Origin: Candidatus Onthovivens sp.
GTDB lineage: Bacteria; Bacillota_I; Bacilli_A; RFN20; CAG-826
Length of the DNA stretch: 64,000 bases
Assembly: GCA_036746835.1 (NCBI GenBank)
Contig: DAIODM010000001.1
Coordinates: 281 to 64,280, forward strand
Reading direction: 5' to 3'
Below, in pieces: positions 9,154 through 19,399 of the stretch. A program made the translations under genes and the position numbers. Below the pieces are notes generated by a model that was not told the DNA's origin, ran no database searches, and saw only the letters and a list, made by a program, of their open reading frames with translations. Position 1 is the first letter of the stretch. Every line of letters begins with the position of its first letter.

Positions 9154-10044
9154 ATGGAAAAACTTAAATTATTTACAGAAAACGAAATTAATACTGATGA
9201 TCTCGATAAATATAAAGAACAATGTTTTACCGAGATTAAAAAAGATACTCCATTTTATGGAGTTCTTTTAAATGGTGGTTTTGGTGATGATAATATTAAG
9301 GCAAATATAGGAACTATCCATACTTATTATGAAGACTACTATAAGTGGAAGAGCATTAAAACTTACGATGATGTTATTAAAACTGGCATAAAGTATGATT
9401 ACACCTTACGTTATGTTAATAATACGATAATTAGAGAACGTGGAATTTTGGCTCCTTATAAAGAATATTTAGATTATATTTCAAAATTTATTGTTAAAGA
9501 TTTTGACGATTCATTTAATGATGTTCGTTTAAAAGATGTCGATAATAAGCAACTGAAAGCTAAAATTTTAAATTTAACGAAAGCAAACAGTTGGATTTAT
9601 ATTACTGGAGCGCTTAGAAGCGGTAGAAGTTATTGTGCAATTGCTTTAACAAACGGAAGTGCAAGTAATGGCAATGATCATTTAGCATTTTTAGATTGTG
9701 CTAAAGAAATTAAACTCTTAGCATCGATGTTTTTTGACTCGCAAAGTGAATTTAATAATAAAATGGCAGCACTTAAAAATGCTCATTTATTAGTTCTTGA
9801 TGGATTTGGAAATGAATATGTAAATGATATTGTTCGTGATAGCATTGTAATACCTCTTTTAGAGTATCGTGCACGAAACAATTTAATGACAATATTTACG
9901 AGTGATTATTCTCTCGATGATATCGTTGTTTTATATTCTAAAAAAGATAAAGATGGAAATAATGTTCGTGGAAAACAATTAGCAAATATTTTGCATTCTA
10001 AAATTGCAAAAGAAATTATTTCTAGCAAGACTTCATTATATTAA
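9154..10044 (+). CDS. dnaI: DnaI-like primosomal helicase loader with degenerate Walker motifs
   Basis: 296 aa AAA+/IstB-like C-terminal half, positioned directly after dnaB. Walker A reads GALRSGRS (9607-9630) and Walker B reads LLVLDGFGNE. Confidence 0.6.
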   Translation: MEKLKLFTENEINTDDLDKYKEQCFTEIKKDTPFYGVLLNGGFGDDNIKANIGTIHTYYEDYYKWKSIKTYDDVIKTGIKYDYTLRYVNNTIIRERGILAPYKEYLDYISKFIVKDFDDSFNDVRLKDVDNKQLKAKILNLTKANSWIYITGALRSGRSYCAIALTNGSASNGNDHLAFLDCAKEIKLLASMFFDSQSEFNNKMAALKNAHLLVLDGFGNEYVNDIVRDSIVIPLLEYRARNNLMTIFTSDYSLDDIVVLYSKKDKDGNNVRGKQLANILHSKIAKEIISSKTSLY

Positions 10045-11423
10045 TCGATTATTTCATCAATTTTCTTATATAAATCATTCATTGTGCTATCGTTATTTAT
10101 AACGACGACATCATGATTATTTTTATTATATGAGTAATCTTTATTAATATCTTTAGCAAGAGAAACGTTATCATTTCTATTCAATAAATTGCTGACTTGT
10201 TTTTCTTTTGTAACTTCTAAGACAATTATCTTTTTAAACATATATTCAAAATGGGCTTTAAAAAGAAGTGGAACTTCAATTGCTACTTTTTCGTTTTCTT
10301 TAATATATTTAATTAAAACTTCTTCAAGTTTTGGATAAATATATTTTTCAACATCGAGTTTCTTTTGTGGATCATTAATCATTATTTTTTTAGCATTCAA
10401 AGTTATTTCTTTATTATCAATATTAAAAGGAGCTTTTAAAATCTTACTAATTTTATTAATGATGACAGGGTCGTGATAAAGTTTATGAATTTCTTCATCC
10501 GCTGAAATCGTTAAATATCCTTTGCTAGCTAAATATTTAAGGACTTCGCTCTTTCCTGAACCAATAGGGCCAGTAATACCAATTGCTTTTTTAAGTGAAT
10601 AATCGATTTGGCAATTTGGACAATAAGTAGTTCCTCGTCCACCAATAAATGTTTTATGGAAAGTGGTGCCACAATTTGGACAAATATCGCCTTCATGGCC
10701 ATAACATCTTAATTTTGATTGCATTCTACCATCAACACCTTCACTTGGGTGAAATGAGTGAACGGTGGATCCGCCACATTCAATTGCTTCATTAATAATA
10801 ATCTTTGCATTCTTGCAAATATTATTCATATCTTCATCAGTTAGATCTTTTCCTTTAATAAAAGGAGATAATTTCGATGCATAGGCAATTTCATCTGCAT
10901 AAATATTTCCAATTCCACAGAAAATTGTTTGATCTAAAAGTAAATCTTTTAGACATTTATTTGCATGTAATCTCTTTTTAATATAATCAATATTTTTTTC
11001 ATCAACTTTATTAGGCTCAATTCCAAGTTTAGAAATCATTTCAAGTTTTTTATATTCATCAACGGTCGAAAGCTCCATGATTCCAAATTTTCGCGTATCA
11101 TCAAAAGCTAAACTTGAGCCATCTTTAAAATAAAATAAAGCAGTAGTGAATTTGTTACGAGGATAATCTTTATCCGCATAACGCCATCTTCCTTCCATTC
11201 TTAAATGGTTAATTAAAACAAGGTTATCACTAAGCATAAAGAATAAATATTTACCATATCTATCAAGTTTAATGATTGTTTTTCCTTTTAATTTTTCTTT
11301 AAATTCATCAAGATTACTTAAAACAAGTTTATCAAAATAAACTTCGACATGATCAATAGTTTTACCTTTAATAAGTGGTTCGATAATTAATCGAACTGTT
11401 TCAACTTCTGGCATTTCTGGCAT
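10041..11423 (-). CDS. fusion protein: formamidopyrimidine-DNA glycosylase (Fpg/MutM) + dephospho-CoA kinase (CoaE)
   Basis: N-terminus MPEMPEVETV (Pro2/Glu3) and the zinc finger CPNCG...YCPNCQ identify Fpg. With no intervening stop the ORF continues IDYSLKKAIGITGPIGSGKSEV, a CoaE P-loop, plus ~190 aa of kinase. Confidence 0.85.
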   Translation of the reverse strand: MPEMPEVETVRLIIEPLIKGKTIDHVEVYFDKLVLSNLDEFKEKLKGKTIIKLDRYGKYLFFMLSDNLVLINHLRMEGRWRYADKDYPRNKFTTALFYFKDGSSLAFDDTRKFGIMELSTVDEYKKLEMISKLGIEPNKVDEKNIDYIKKRLHANKCLKDLLLDQTIFCGIGNIYADEIAYASKLSPFIKGKDLTDEDMNNICKNAKIIINEAIECGGSTVHSFHPSEGVDGRMQSKLRCYGHEGDICPNCGTTFHKTFIGGRGTTYCPNCQIDYSLKKAIGITGPIGSGKSEVLKYLASKGYLTISADEEIHKLYHDPVIINKISKILKAPFNIDNKEITLNAKKIMINDPQKKLDVEKYIYPKLEEVLIKYIKENEKVAIEVPLLFKAHFEYMFKKIIVLEVTKEKQVSNLLNRNDNVSLAKDINKDYSYNKNNHDVVVINNDSTMNDLYKKIDEIID

Positions 11424-11425
11424 AT

Positions 11426-14026
11426 TTATTTAGCATCGAACCAAGTCTTTGCATAACCTCCATCCACTTTTAAACTGACCTTAAGTTTAACACAAGTTTC
11501 CATAATATTAGAAACTAATGCAAAAACTTTATCTTTTTCATCTTCATAAACTTTTAAAATTAATTCATCGTGAATTTGTGAAATTAAAGAAGATTTAAAG
11601 TTGCCTTCTTTTAAGGCATTATCGACTTTAATCATTGCTATTTTAATAAGGTCAGCAGCGCTTCCTTGAATAGGTGCGTTCATTGCTGCTCTTTTTGCAA
11701 ATTCTCTTACTTGATATGAACTATCATTTAATTCATCAAGATATCTTCTACGATTAAACATTGTAGTGGCATATCCATGAGTTTTAGCAAATTCAACTAA
11801 ACTATCAAGGTAGGCTCTAATTTCTGGAAATTCGTTATAAAAACTTGTAATAATTTCTTTGGCTTCGCTAACACTTGATTCGATTTGGTCAGCTAAACCC
11901 CAATCGCTTATACCATAAATAATTCCAAAATTGACTGCTTTTGCTTTTCGTCTTTCATTTGGAGTTGGTTCACGATCTAAATGGAAAACTTTTTTAGCAG
12001 TTTCGCTGTGAATATCGTGTCCAGATTCGAAAATATCAATTAAAGTTTTGCTATTTGATAAATGTGCTAAAATTCTGAGTTCAATTTGAGAATAATCTAA
12101 AGACATGATGCCAACATTATTTTCTTTATAATGGAAGGCTTTTCTAATTTGTTTTGCTTCCTCATCACGAACACTTATATTTTGTAAGTTTGGTTCGCTC
12201 GATGATAATCTTCCAGTAGTGGTTATTGCTTGGTTAAATGAAGCATGAATTTTACCATCTTCATGAATATAACAAACAATTCCATCGACATATTGAGAAA
12301 TTAATTTTGAGTATTTTCGATATTCTAAAATTAAAGGAATAATTGGATGAATATTTTTAAGTTCTTTTAAATAATCAATTGAAGTTGAGTTATTTTTGTT
12401 ACCAACTAAATTTAATTTTTCATAAAGTATATGGCTTAATTGTTTAGGAGAAGAAATATTAAATTCTTCACCAGCAAGTTCATAAATTTGTTTTTCTAAC
12501 GTTGCTAATTTTTCTTCATAATCTTTTTTATAATTTAAGAGCATTTCTTTATCAACAGGGAAGCCTTCAACTTCCATTTTTGCAAGGACTAAAGTTAATG
12601 GTTGCTCGATTGAATAAAGTAGGTCATATTGATCTTTTTCCTTCAATTTAAAGACAACATCTTTAAATAAAGAAATTGAATAATATGAAATATATGATGC
12701 TAATTTTGGATTATTTGTAACTAGTAAAGCATTATCATTATTAGTGGCTTCACGAACATCAATATTATAATATTTCATCACTGATTCAAAATCAGTTTTT
12801 AAATCGCTATTTAATAAATATGTAGCAAGCAATAAATCAAAATAAAGCCCATCAAGAGCAATGTTATTGTGTTTTAATATGCAGTATATTGATTTATAAT
12901 CGAAAGCATATTTTTTAATATCTTTATTATTTAAAGCATCTAATAATTTTTGATCTTTTATGAGAGCTTCTTTTTGAATGTAGTAAGTTTTATCACCAAT
13001 TGTTAAACTTAATCCATAAAGATTGGCATCATGATAATTAGTGTTTTCGCTATCAAGAGCAAGACCAAAACCATCTAATAAATTAAGATCTTTTGAAGAA
13101 GTTATTTCATTAAATTCGATTTGTTTTGTTTCAGTATCTTTGATCATTAATTCTTGTGGTAAACGAGAAATTAATTTTTTAAGTTCGTAACGAGTAGCAA
13201 ATTCGCTAATATCCTTAAGTTTATATCCTTTATATATTGTTTCACTTACTGTAAAACTAATAGGATCATCAAGATGAATAGTGGCAAGGCTCTTTGATAA
13301 TCTTCCAGTATCTTGATAAGTTACGATTGACTCATCAACCTTACTTTTTCCAGTTTTTGCAGCTTCAATTATATTTTCTAAATCGCCATATTTTTTAATT
13401 AATTCTAAAGCAGTTTTTTCACCAATTTTAGGAATACCTGGAATATTATCGCTTGCATCACCAAGTAAACCTTTATAATCGGTTATTTGAATTGGCTTTA
13501 TGCCAAATTGCGCATCAAAAGTTGCAACATTAAGTTCATTAATGTCTGTTAAGCCTTTTCTAATTAATTCAATCGTTATGTTTTCATCAATTAATTGAAG
13601 ATAATCGTGATCTGAAGTGTAAATTTCAACTTTATATCCATTCTTTGATGCGGATTTAGCCATTATTCCTGCAATATCATCCGCTTCAATATTATCATCT
13701 TCATAATAAGCAATACTGAGTGATTTTAATAATTCTCGAGCAATTGGCATTTGAAGATGAAGCTCTTCAGGGGCTGGTTTTCTATTTGCTTTATAATCTT
13801 TAAATTCTTGATGACGGAAGGTGTGTTTTCCTTTATCAAACGCAACAAAAATTCCATCGCCTTCCTTTAAGGTTTTCATAATATTACAAAGCATATTACT
13901 AAAGGCAACTATTGCGTTTGTTGGAGTTCCATATGATGTAGAAAGAAGTGGACCACCTTTAAAACTTGTAGCATAAAAAGCCCTGAACAAAAGACTATTT
14001 CCATCTATAATTACTATTTTTGACAT
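11426..14026 (-). CDS. polA: DNA polymerase I
   Basis: 866 aa with a 5' nuclease N-terminus and polymerase motifs A (DYSQIELR), B (RRKAKAVNFGIIYG) and C (QIHDEL). Confidence 0.95.
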   Translation of the reverse strand: MSKIVIIDGNSLLFRAFYATSFKGGPLLSTSYGTPTNAIVAFSNMLCNIMKTLKEGDGIFVAFDKGKHTFRHQEFKDYKANRKPAPEELHLQMPIARELLKSLSIAYYEDDNIEADDIAGIMAKSASKNGYKVEIYTSDHDYLQLIDENITIELIRKGLTDINELNVATFDAQFGIKPIQITDYKGLLGDASDNIPGIPKIGEKTALELIKKYGDLENIIEAAKTGKSKVDESIVTYQDTGRLSKSLATIHLDDPISFTVSETIYKGYKLKDISEFATRYELKKLISRLPQELMIKDTETKQIEFNEITSSKDLNLLDGFGLALDSENTNYHDANLYGLSLTIGDKTYYIQKEALIKDQKLLDALNNKDIKKYAFDYKSIYCILKHNNIALDGLYFDLLLATYLLNSDLKTDFESVMKYYNIDVREATNNDNALLVTNNPKLASYISYYSISLFKDVVFKLKEKDQYDLLYSIEQPLTLVLAKMEVEGFPVDKEMLLNYKKDYEEKLATLEKQIYELAGEEFNISSPKQLSHILYEKLNLVGNKNNSTSIDYLKELKNIHPIIPLILEYRKYSKLISQYVDGIVCYIHEDGKIHASFNQAITTTGRLSSSEPNLQNISVRDEEAKQIRKAFHYKENNVGIMSLDYSQIELRILAHLSNSKTLIDIFESGHDIHSETAKKVFHLDREPTPNERRKAKAVNFGIIYGISDWGLADQIESSVSEAKEIITSFYNEFPEIRAYLDSLVEFAKTHGYATTMFNRRRYLDELNDSSYQVREFAKRAAMNAPIQGSAADLIKIAMIKVDNALKEGNFKSSLISQIHDELILKVYEDEKDKVFALVSNIMETCVKLKVSLKVDGGYAKTWFDAK

Positions 14027-14027
14027 A

Positions 14028-17000
14028 TTAATTTATCCCTTCAATCTTCATAATTGAATCAAGAACAAAACCTAATTCATTGTTTTTGTAATTGCGTTTC
14101 AAAGTGCCTTTAACGACGATAATATCCTTCTTTTTTAGTGTGTTAACAAGATCAATATATTTTTCATATGCATCACTAAATAAAGTAATATCGATGTCAT
14201 CTAAATCATCATAGGCTGTAATAAAAGCCATAGTTTTGTTGTTTCTTGTTGTAATCTTTTTTACAGTTCTAAAAATACAAACAATTGTAGATGGTTTATT
14301 TTCAACTAATTCACCAATTGGTGTTGCATTTAAATCTTTTATTTTGTCTTTTACATGGTTTAAAGGTGAATCACTTAACATGATTCCTAAAGCATCATAC
14401 TCATTTTCAATACGCTCATAAGGATCATCGATTGTTTCATTATATTTAAAACTTAATGGAATATTATTTTGAAAAAGATGTCCTTCTTCATAGTGTTGAA
14501 GTGAAGCGTTTTGCATTGCGCTTAAAATAGATTGTTTTAAAGTTTTTCTATTTGAATAAAGCGAATCAAATGCTCCAGCATCTATTAATTTTGCGAGTTG
14601 AATTTCACTGATTTTTTCAGGAGTATTTATCATTCTTATGACAAAATCTAAGAAATCTTTAAAATTACCATGTTTATTTCGTTCATCAATGATATTAAAA
14701 GCTAATCTTCCCATAAGACCATTGATTGAAGTTAGTGGCATTACTAATTCATCGTTAATAACATCAAATTCATAACCAGATAAATTGACATCTGGTAAAT
14801 GAATAGTAACTCCAGATTTTTTGATTTCACTAACGTATTTTGAAAATTTCGTATCGTTTTTGCTGTATTGAGATTCTAAAATAGCAGCATAAAATTCAGC
14901 AGGATAGTGGGCTTTTAAATAACCAGTTTCAGCCGTAATCATCGCATAGGCAACACTATGAGATTTATTAAAACCATATTCTGCAAACTTAGCAATATTA
15001 TCGAAAACTTTATTAATAACTTGGATTTTATGGCCTTTTTTTAAAGCACCTGAAATAAATTTTGCTTTTAATGCATCCATGTCTGATTTATGTTTTTTTG
15101 CACAAGCTCGACGTAATAAATCAGCTTCCGCAAAACTAAAACCAGCAAAAGCTTGAGAAACGAGCATGATTTGCTCTTGATAAATCATGACTCCAAATGT
15201 TTCTTCTAGACTTGGAATTAAGGAAGGATCATCATATTCAACCTTTTCGATTCCTTTTAATCTATTTGCGTATGTTGGAAGATAATTTCTTGGTCCTGGT
15301 CTATCAAGTGAGATGAAAGCAGCGAGTTCATTAAAATTATGTGGTCTAAACATTTTCATTGCGTTATTGGCCGCTTCAGTATCAAGTTGAAATAATCCCA
15401 TTGTAGAATTTTCTTGGATTAAATCGTAAATTTTAGGATCATTTAAATTAATATTTCTAATATCAACATCTTCATTTTTCTTTTCTTTAATTAAGTCAAT
15501 ACAATGTTCAATAGTGGAGAGATTGATTAATCCTAAAATATCCATCTTTAAGAATCCTTCATCTTCAAGATAATCTTTTTCATATTGAGTAATTAATCCG
15601 TTTTCATCATTAATTAAAGGAATTGATCCATCAAGAGGAATGTTATTTAATACCATACCAGCAGCATTAATTCCTCTTTGTCGTCCTAATCCTTCAACTA
15701 ATAAAGCCATATCAAAAACCAATTTAAAAGTTGAATCATTATCAATCTCTTTTTTAAAATTAGGGAACATTTCATAGGCTTGTTTTAAAGTGACTTGGAA
15801 ATTATTTTTTTCAACAATAAGTTTTGTTAAAAGAGATACATCACTTTGTGAAAGATTATAGACTCGACCAACATCTCTTAAAGCTTGTTTTGCTCCAATT
15901 GTTTGGATTGTAACAATATTTGCGACTCTATCTTTGCCATATTTATTTTTTAAATAATCAATAACTTGTTCACGTTTTTGATCACTAAAATCCATATCAA
16001 TATCAGGCATTGTTTGACGTTCTGGATTTAAAAAACGTTCAAAAAGTAAATTATATTTTAGTGGATCAACATCAGTTATATTTAATAAATAAGATACAAG
16101 CGAACCAGCAGCAGAGCCTCTGCCAGGTCCAACTGGAATATTATTATTTTTTGCATAATTAACATAATCTTGAACAATTAAAAAATAATCGCAATATCCC
16201 ATCTTTTTGATTGTTAAAAATTCATAATTTAGTCTATCTCTATATGCTTGGTTTTCTTTTAAATCAATCTTGCGATATTTTAATCCATCAAGAATTTTTT
16301 CTTTTAAAACTTCATCGCTTGCTTCGTTATTATTTGTAACATAATGAAGCATTTGTCCTCTTTTTTTGTCAAATTCGAAGTTAATTGAATCTAAAAGTTT
16401 ATTCGACATTTCGAGTTCATCGTTTAAATAAAATTTTGTCATTTCTTCTTTAGTTTTAAAGAAGTAATCAGTGTTCGTTGTGACATAATTTTTATCGAGT
16501 TTAGTTTGCTCTTTAATTGCTTTAAGTAAATCAATAACAATTGCGTCTTTTTTCTCAATATATTTAATTAATGGGAAAGCCATCAATTTATAATTATATT
16601 GTTGAGCAAAATTACGAATTAAATTGTAGTGAGGAATTAAACTTGTAGAGTAAAATTCTAAGCCAATATAGAAATCATCTGGATTAATGTTAGTTGAAAT
16701 TTTGGCTAATGACTTTTTAAAATCATCGTTTATATTTATAAAAATTGGAGAGGTTGTTGAAATAACAACAATCAAACCATCAAGATAGTTTTTAAAAGTA
16801 TCTAAATTAATTTCACCTAAAGATAATAGACTAGAAATTTTTGCTAAATTACTATAGCCTTCTTCGTTTTTAATAAATAATGAATAGTTGTTATTTTCTA
16901 CAACTAAATCCATACCAAAAACAGGCTTAATACCATTCTTTTTAGCGAGTTTATTAAAAAGTGGATAAGACATTAAAACGTTCTTATCAGTGACGCCTAA

Positions 17001-17102
17001 TGCACTATATCCACAATTTTTTGCTTTATTAAAAGCATTCTCTAAAAGAACGCCACTTTCTAAAAATGAATACTCACTATATAGATGAAGTGGAATAAAC
17101 AA
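14028..17102 (-). CDS. dnaE: DNA polymerase III alpha subunit, DnaE type
   Basis: 1024 aa with a PHP N-terminus and the GPGRGSAAGSLVSYLL and PDIDMDF motifs. The TTG start lies 2 nt after the upstream stop and has a GGGGAG RBS. Confidence 0.93.
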   Translation of the reverse strand: MFIPLHLYSEYSFLESGVLLENAFNKAKNCGYSALGVTDKNVLMSYPLFNKLAKKNGIKPVFGMDLVVENNNYSLFIKNEEGYSNLAKISSLLSLGEINLDTFKNYLDGLIVVISTTSPIFININDDFKKSLAKISTNINPDDFYIGLEFYSTSLIPHYNLIRNFAQQYNYKLMAFPLIKYIEKKDAIVIDLLKAIKEQTKLDKNYVTTNTDYFFKTKEEMTKFYLNDELEMSNKLLDSINFEFDKKRGQMLHYVTNNNEASDEVLKEKILDGLKYRKIDLKENQAYRDRLNYEFLTIKKMGYCDYFLIVQDYVNYAKNNNIPVGPGRGSAAGSLVSYLLNITDVDPLKYNLLFERFLNPERQTMPDIDMDFSDQKREQVIDYLKNKYGKDRVANIVTIQTIGAKQALRDVGRVYNLSQSDVSLLTKLIVEKNNFQVTLKQAYEMFPNFKKEIDNDSTFKLVFDMALLVEGLGRQRGINAAGMVLNNIPLDGSIPLINDENGLITQYEKDYLEDEGFLKMDILGLINLSTIEHCIDLIKEKKNEDVDIRNINLNDPKIYDLIQENSTMGLFQLDTEAANNAMKMFRPHNFNELAAFISLDRPGPRNYLPTYANRLKGIEKVEYDDPSLIPSLEETFGVMIYQEQIMLVSQAFAGFSFAEADLLRRACAKKHKSDMDALKAKFISGALKKGHKIQVINKVFDNIAKFAEYGFNKSHSVAYAMITAETGYLKAHYPAEFYAAILESQYSKNDTKFSKYVSEIKKSGVTIHLPDVNLSGYEFDVINDELVMPLTSINGLMGRLAFNIIDERNKHGNFKDFLDFVIRMINTPEKISEIQLAKLIDAGAFDSLYSNRKTLKQSILSAMQNASLQHYEEGHLFQNNIPLSFKYNETIDDPYERIENEYDALGIMLSDSPLNHVKDKIKDLNATPIGELVENKPSTIVCIFRTVKKITTRNNKTMAFITAYDDLDDIDITLFSDAYEKYIDLVNTLKKKDIIVVKGTLKRNYKNNELGFVLDSIMKIEGIN

Positions 17103-17104
17103 GG

Positions 17105-18106
17105 TTATTTCTCCCCATTAATAACAACATCATCTAAAGCTTTAATGAGTTCAGGAAGTTCACTTAAATCTTTAATTTGACAACCAGAAGCTTGTTCGTG
17201 TCCGCCACCTTTAAATTTATTAGCGACTTTATCAACACGATAATTTCTACTTCTTAATGAAACTCTAAAGCAAGGTTCAGTTACATCTTCAGAAATAGAA
17301 CACCAAATATTAATTCCTTCATAATTAGAAAAGAAATTAACATTTTCTTTGCCTTCATCACAAGTAATTCCTAATTCCTTTTCTTGTGCATCAGTTAAAG
17401 TGTAATAACAAACGCCATGTTTAGAAATATGATAATTACTGATAACATATTTAACAAAATCTAAATCATGCATATCTTTTGTATACATTTCTTCATAAAT
17501 TTTTGTGATATTTAATCCAGTATCAACAAGTTCAGCAGCAACATTGAATGTAAATGGAGAAGTGGAGTTATATAAGAATCGACCATTATCTCCAACCATA
17601 CCAATATATAAATAACGTGCAGTTTTTGCTGATAATTTATAGCCTTTAGTAGTGGCATAAATTAAGAAATTTCCAATAATTTCAGCACAACTTGACATTT
17701 CGGGTTCAACAATTTGAACTTTAGCGACATGTTCTTCACTTGGGTGGTGATCAATACGAATAACAAAATCAGCTTTTTCATAGCGTGGATCAGCAATTCG
17801 CTTTTTATCACCGACATCAAGAATAACGGCTAAAAATGGTTTTTCGCTTAAATATTTATCACTAATTTTATCGACCATAGGATAAATTTTACCTGAAAAT
17901 TCAACGTGGTTATCTCCAACACTTTTAATCTCTTTACCTTTAAAATTCTCTTTTAACCAAGTCTCTAAACCAAATTGGCAACCAAGAGCATCAAAATCAG
18001 GCATAATATGTCTAAAAACAACAATTCTATCGTATTTTTCAAATAACTTTAAAAATTTATTGTATGTTTTTTTGTTTCTTTTTGTTTCTTCTTTTAAAAA
18101 GTCCAT
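17105..18106 (-). CDS. nrnA: DHH/DHHA1 phosphoesterase (NrnA-like oligoribonuclease/pAp phosphatase)
   Basis: 333 aa with the PDFDALG, IRIDHHPS (DHH) and GGGHEQASG (DHHA1) motifs. Confidence 0.8.
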   Translation of the reverse strand: MDFLKEETKRNKKTYNKFLKLFEKYDRIVVFRHIMPDFDALGCQFGLETWLKENFKGKEIKSVGDNHVEFSGKIYPMVDKISDKYLSEKPFLAVILDVGDKKRIADPRYEKADFVIRIDHHPSEEHVAKVQIVEPEMSSCAEIIGNFLIYATTKGYKLSAKTARYLYIGMVGDNGRFLYNSTSPFTFNVAAELVDTGLNITKIYEEMYTKDMHDLDFVKYVISNYHISKHGVCYYTLTDAQEKELGITCDEGKENVNFFSNYEGINIWCSISEDVTEPCFRVSLRSRNYRVDKVANKFKGGGHEQASGCQIKDLSELPELIKALDDVVINGEK

Positions 18107-18122
18107 AATAATTTCCTATTCT

Positions 18123-19319
18123 TTACTTAAGTAACATATTGTAAGCATCACGAGCAATCATAACTTCTTCGTTTGTTGGAATAACAGCGACTTTAATAGC
18201 TGATTTAGCAGTGGATAATAAACCTTCTTTTCCACCATGAATTTCTTCATTAATCTTTTCATCATAATCAACATGTAAAGCTTCTTTAATGTTATCTAAT
18301 ACATTTTTACGATATAAAGCACTATTTTCACCAATACCAGCACTGAAAATAATTAAATCGCAACCGCCAAGTCTAACATAATATTGACCAATGAAATCAG
18401 CAACACGACGAGCCCATAAATTATTAGTTAAAATAGCTTGTTTATTTCCTTCTTTTTGAGCATTTTCAAGATCACGGCTATCATCACTAATCATAGAAAC
18501 GCCCTTAAGACCAGATTGTTTACTAAATTCTTGGAAAACTGTTTCTGGATTCTTTCCAGTACATTTACAAACATAGTAGAAGACTGATGGATCAATATCA
18601 CCAGTTCTTGTTCCCATCATAATTCCACCAGTAGGGGTTAAACCCATTGATGTAGCAACGCATTTTCCATCTTTAACAGCGGTAATGCTTGCGCCACTTC
18701 CTAAGTGACAAATAATCATACGAGCATGTTTATTATTGTTAATATATTTAAGTCCTTCTTCACTTAAATATTTGTGGCTAGTACCATGAGCACCAAAACG
18801 ATAAATCATGTACTTAAAAGTATATTCGTATGGAATTGGGAAAATTTTATCAACTTCTTCCATTGTTTGATGGAAAGCGGTATCAAATGTACAAATTCCA
18901 GGAGTTTTTGGTAAGACTTGTAAGAATGCACGAATTCCAACGAGTTCAGCTGCATTGTGATTTGGTGAAAGTGGAATAAGTGATTCAATCTTATCTAATG
19001 TATCTTTGTTGATGATTGCAGATTGAGAGAAATATGGTCCACCTTGGACGATACGGTGGCCAATTGCTTTAATTTCATCATAATTTTCAATGATTTTATC
19101 ACGAATTAAAGCATCCATTACGAGTTTAACAGCAACTCCATGATCTTTTACGTTTAAAATCTCTTTTTTAGATTCGCCATTATATTTAATTCCGAAAATT
19201 GCATCTTCGTGACCAATTCTCTCGACATTACCTGAACAAATAACTTTTTCTTCAGGCATTTCAAATAATTTAAATTTTAAACTGCTACTTCCAGCATTAA
19301 CTGCCATTACTTTTGACAT
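18123..19319 (-). CDS. ackA: acetate kinase
   Basis: AVNAGSSSLKF N-terminal motif. The ATG at 19319 has a GGAGG 9 nt upstream. The track start at 19334 is a TTG that overlaps that RBS. Confidence 0.93.
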   Translation of the reverse strand: MSKVMAVNAGSSSLKFKLFEMPEEKVICSGNVERIGHEDAIFGIKYNGESKKEILNVKDHGVAVKLVMDALIRDKIIENYDEIKAIGHRIVQGGPYFSQSAIINKDTLDKIESLIPLSPNHNAAELVGIRAFLQVLPKTPGICTFDTAFHQTMEEVDKIFPIPYEYTFKYMIYRFGAHGTSHKYLSEEGLKYINNNKHARMIICHLGSGASITAVKDGKCVATSMGLTPTGGIMMGTRTGDIDPSVFYYVCKCTGKNPETVFQEFSKQSGLKGVSMISDDSRDLENAQKEGNKQAILTNNLWARRVADFIGQYYVRLGGCDLIIFSAGIGENSALYRKNVLDNIKEALHVDYDEKINEEIHGGKEGLLSTAKSAIKVAVIPTNEEVMIARDAYNMLLK

Positions 19320-19399
19320 TTTTATGTCCTCCAATAATTTATCTTTTTTATTATAGTATTTTGGAGGCGATTTTCATATTAAAAAGCACTAAAAAATAA

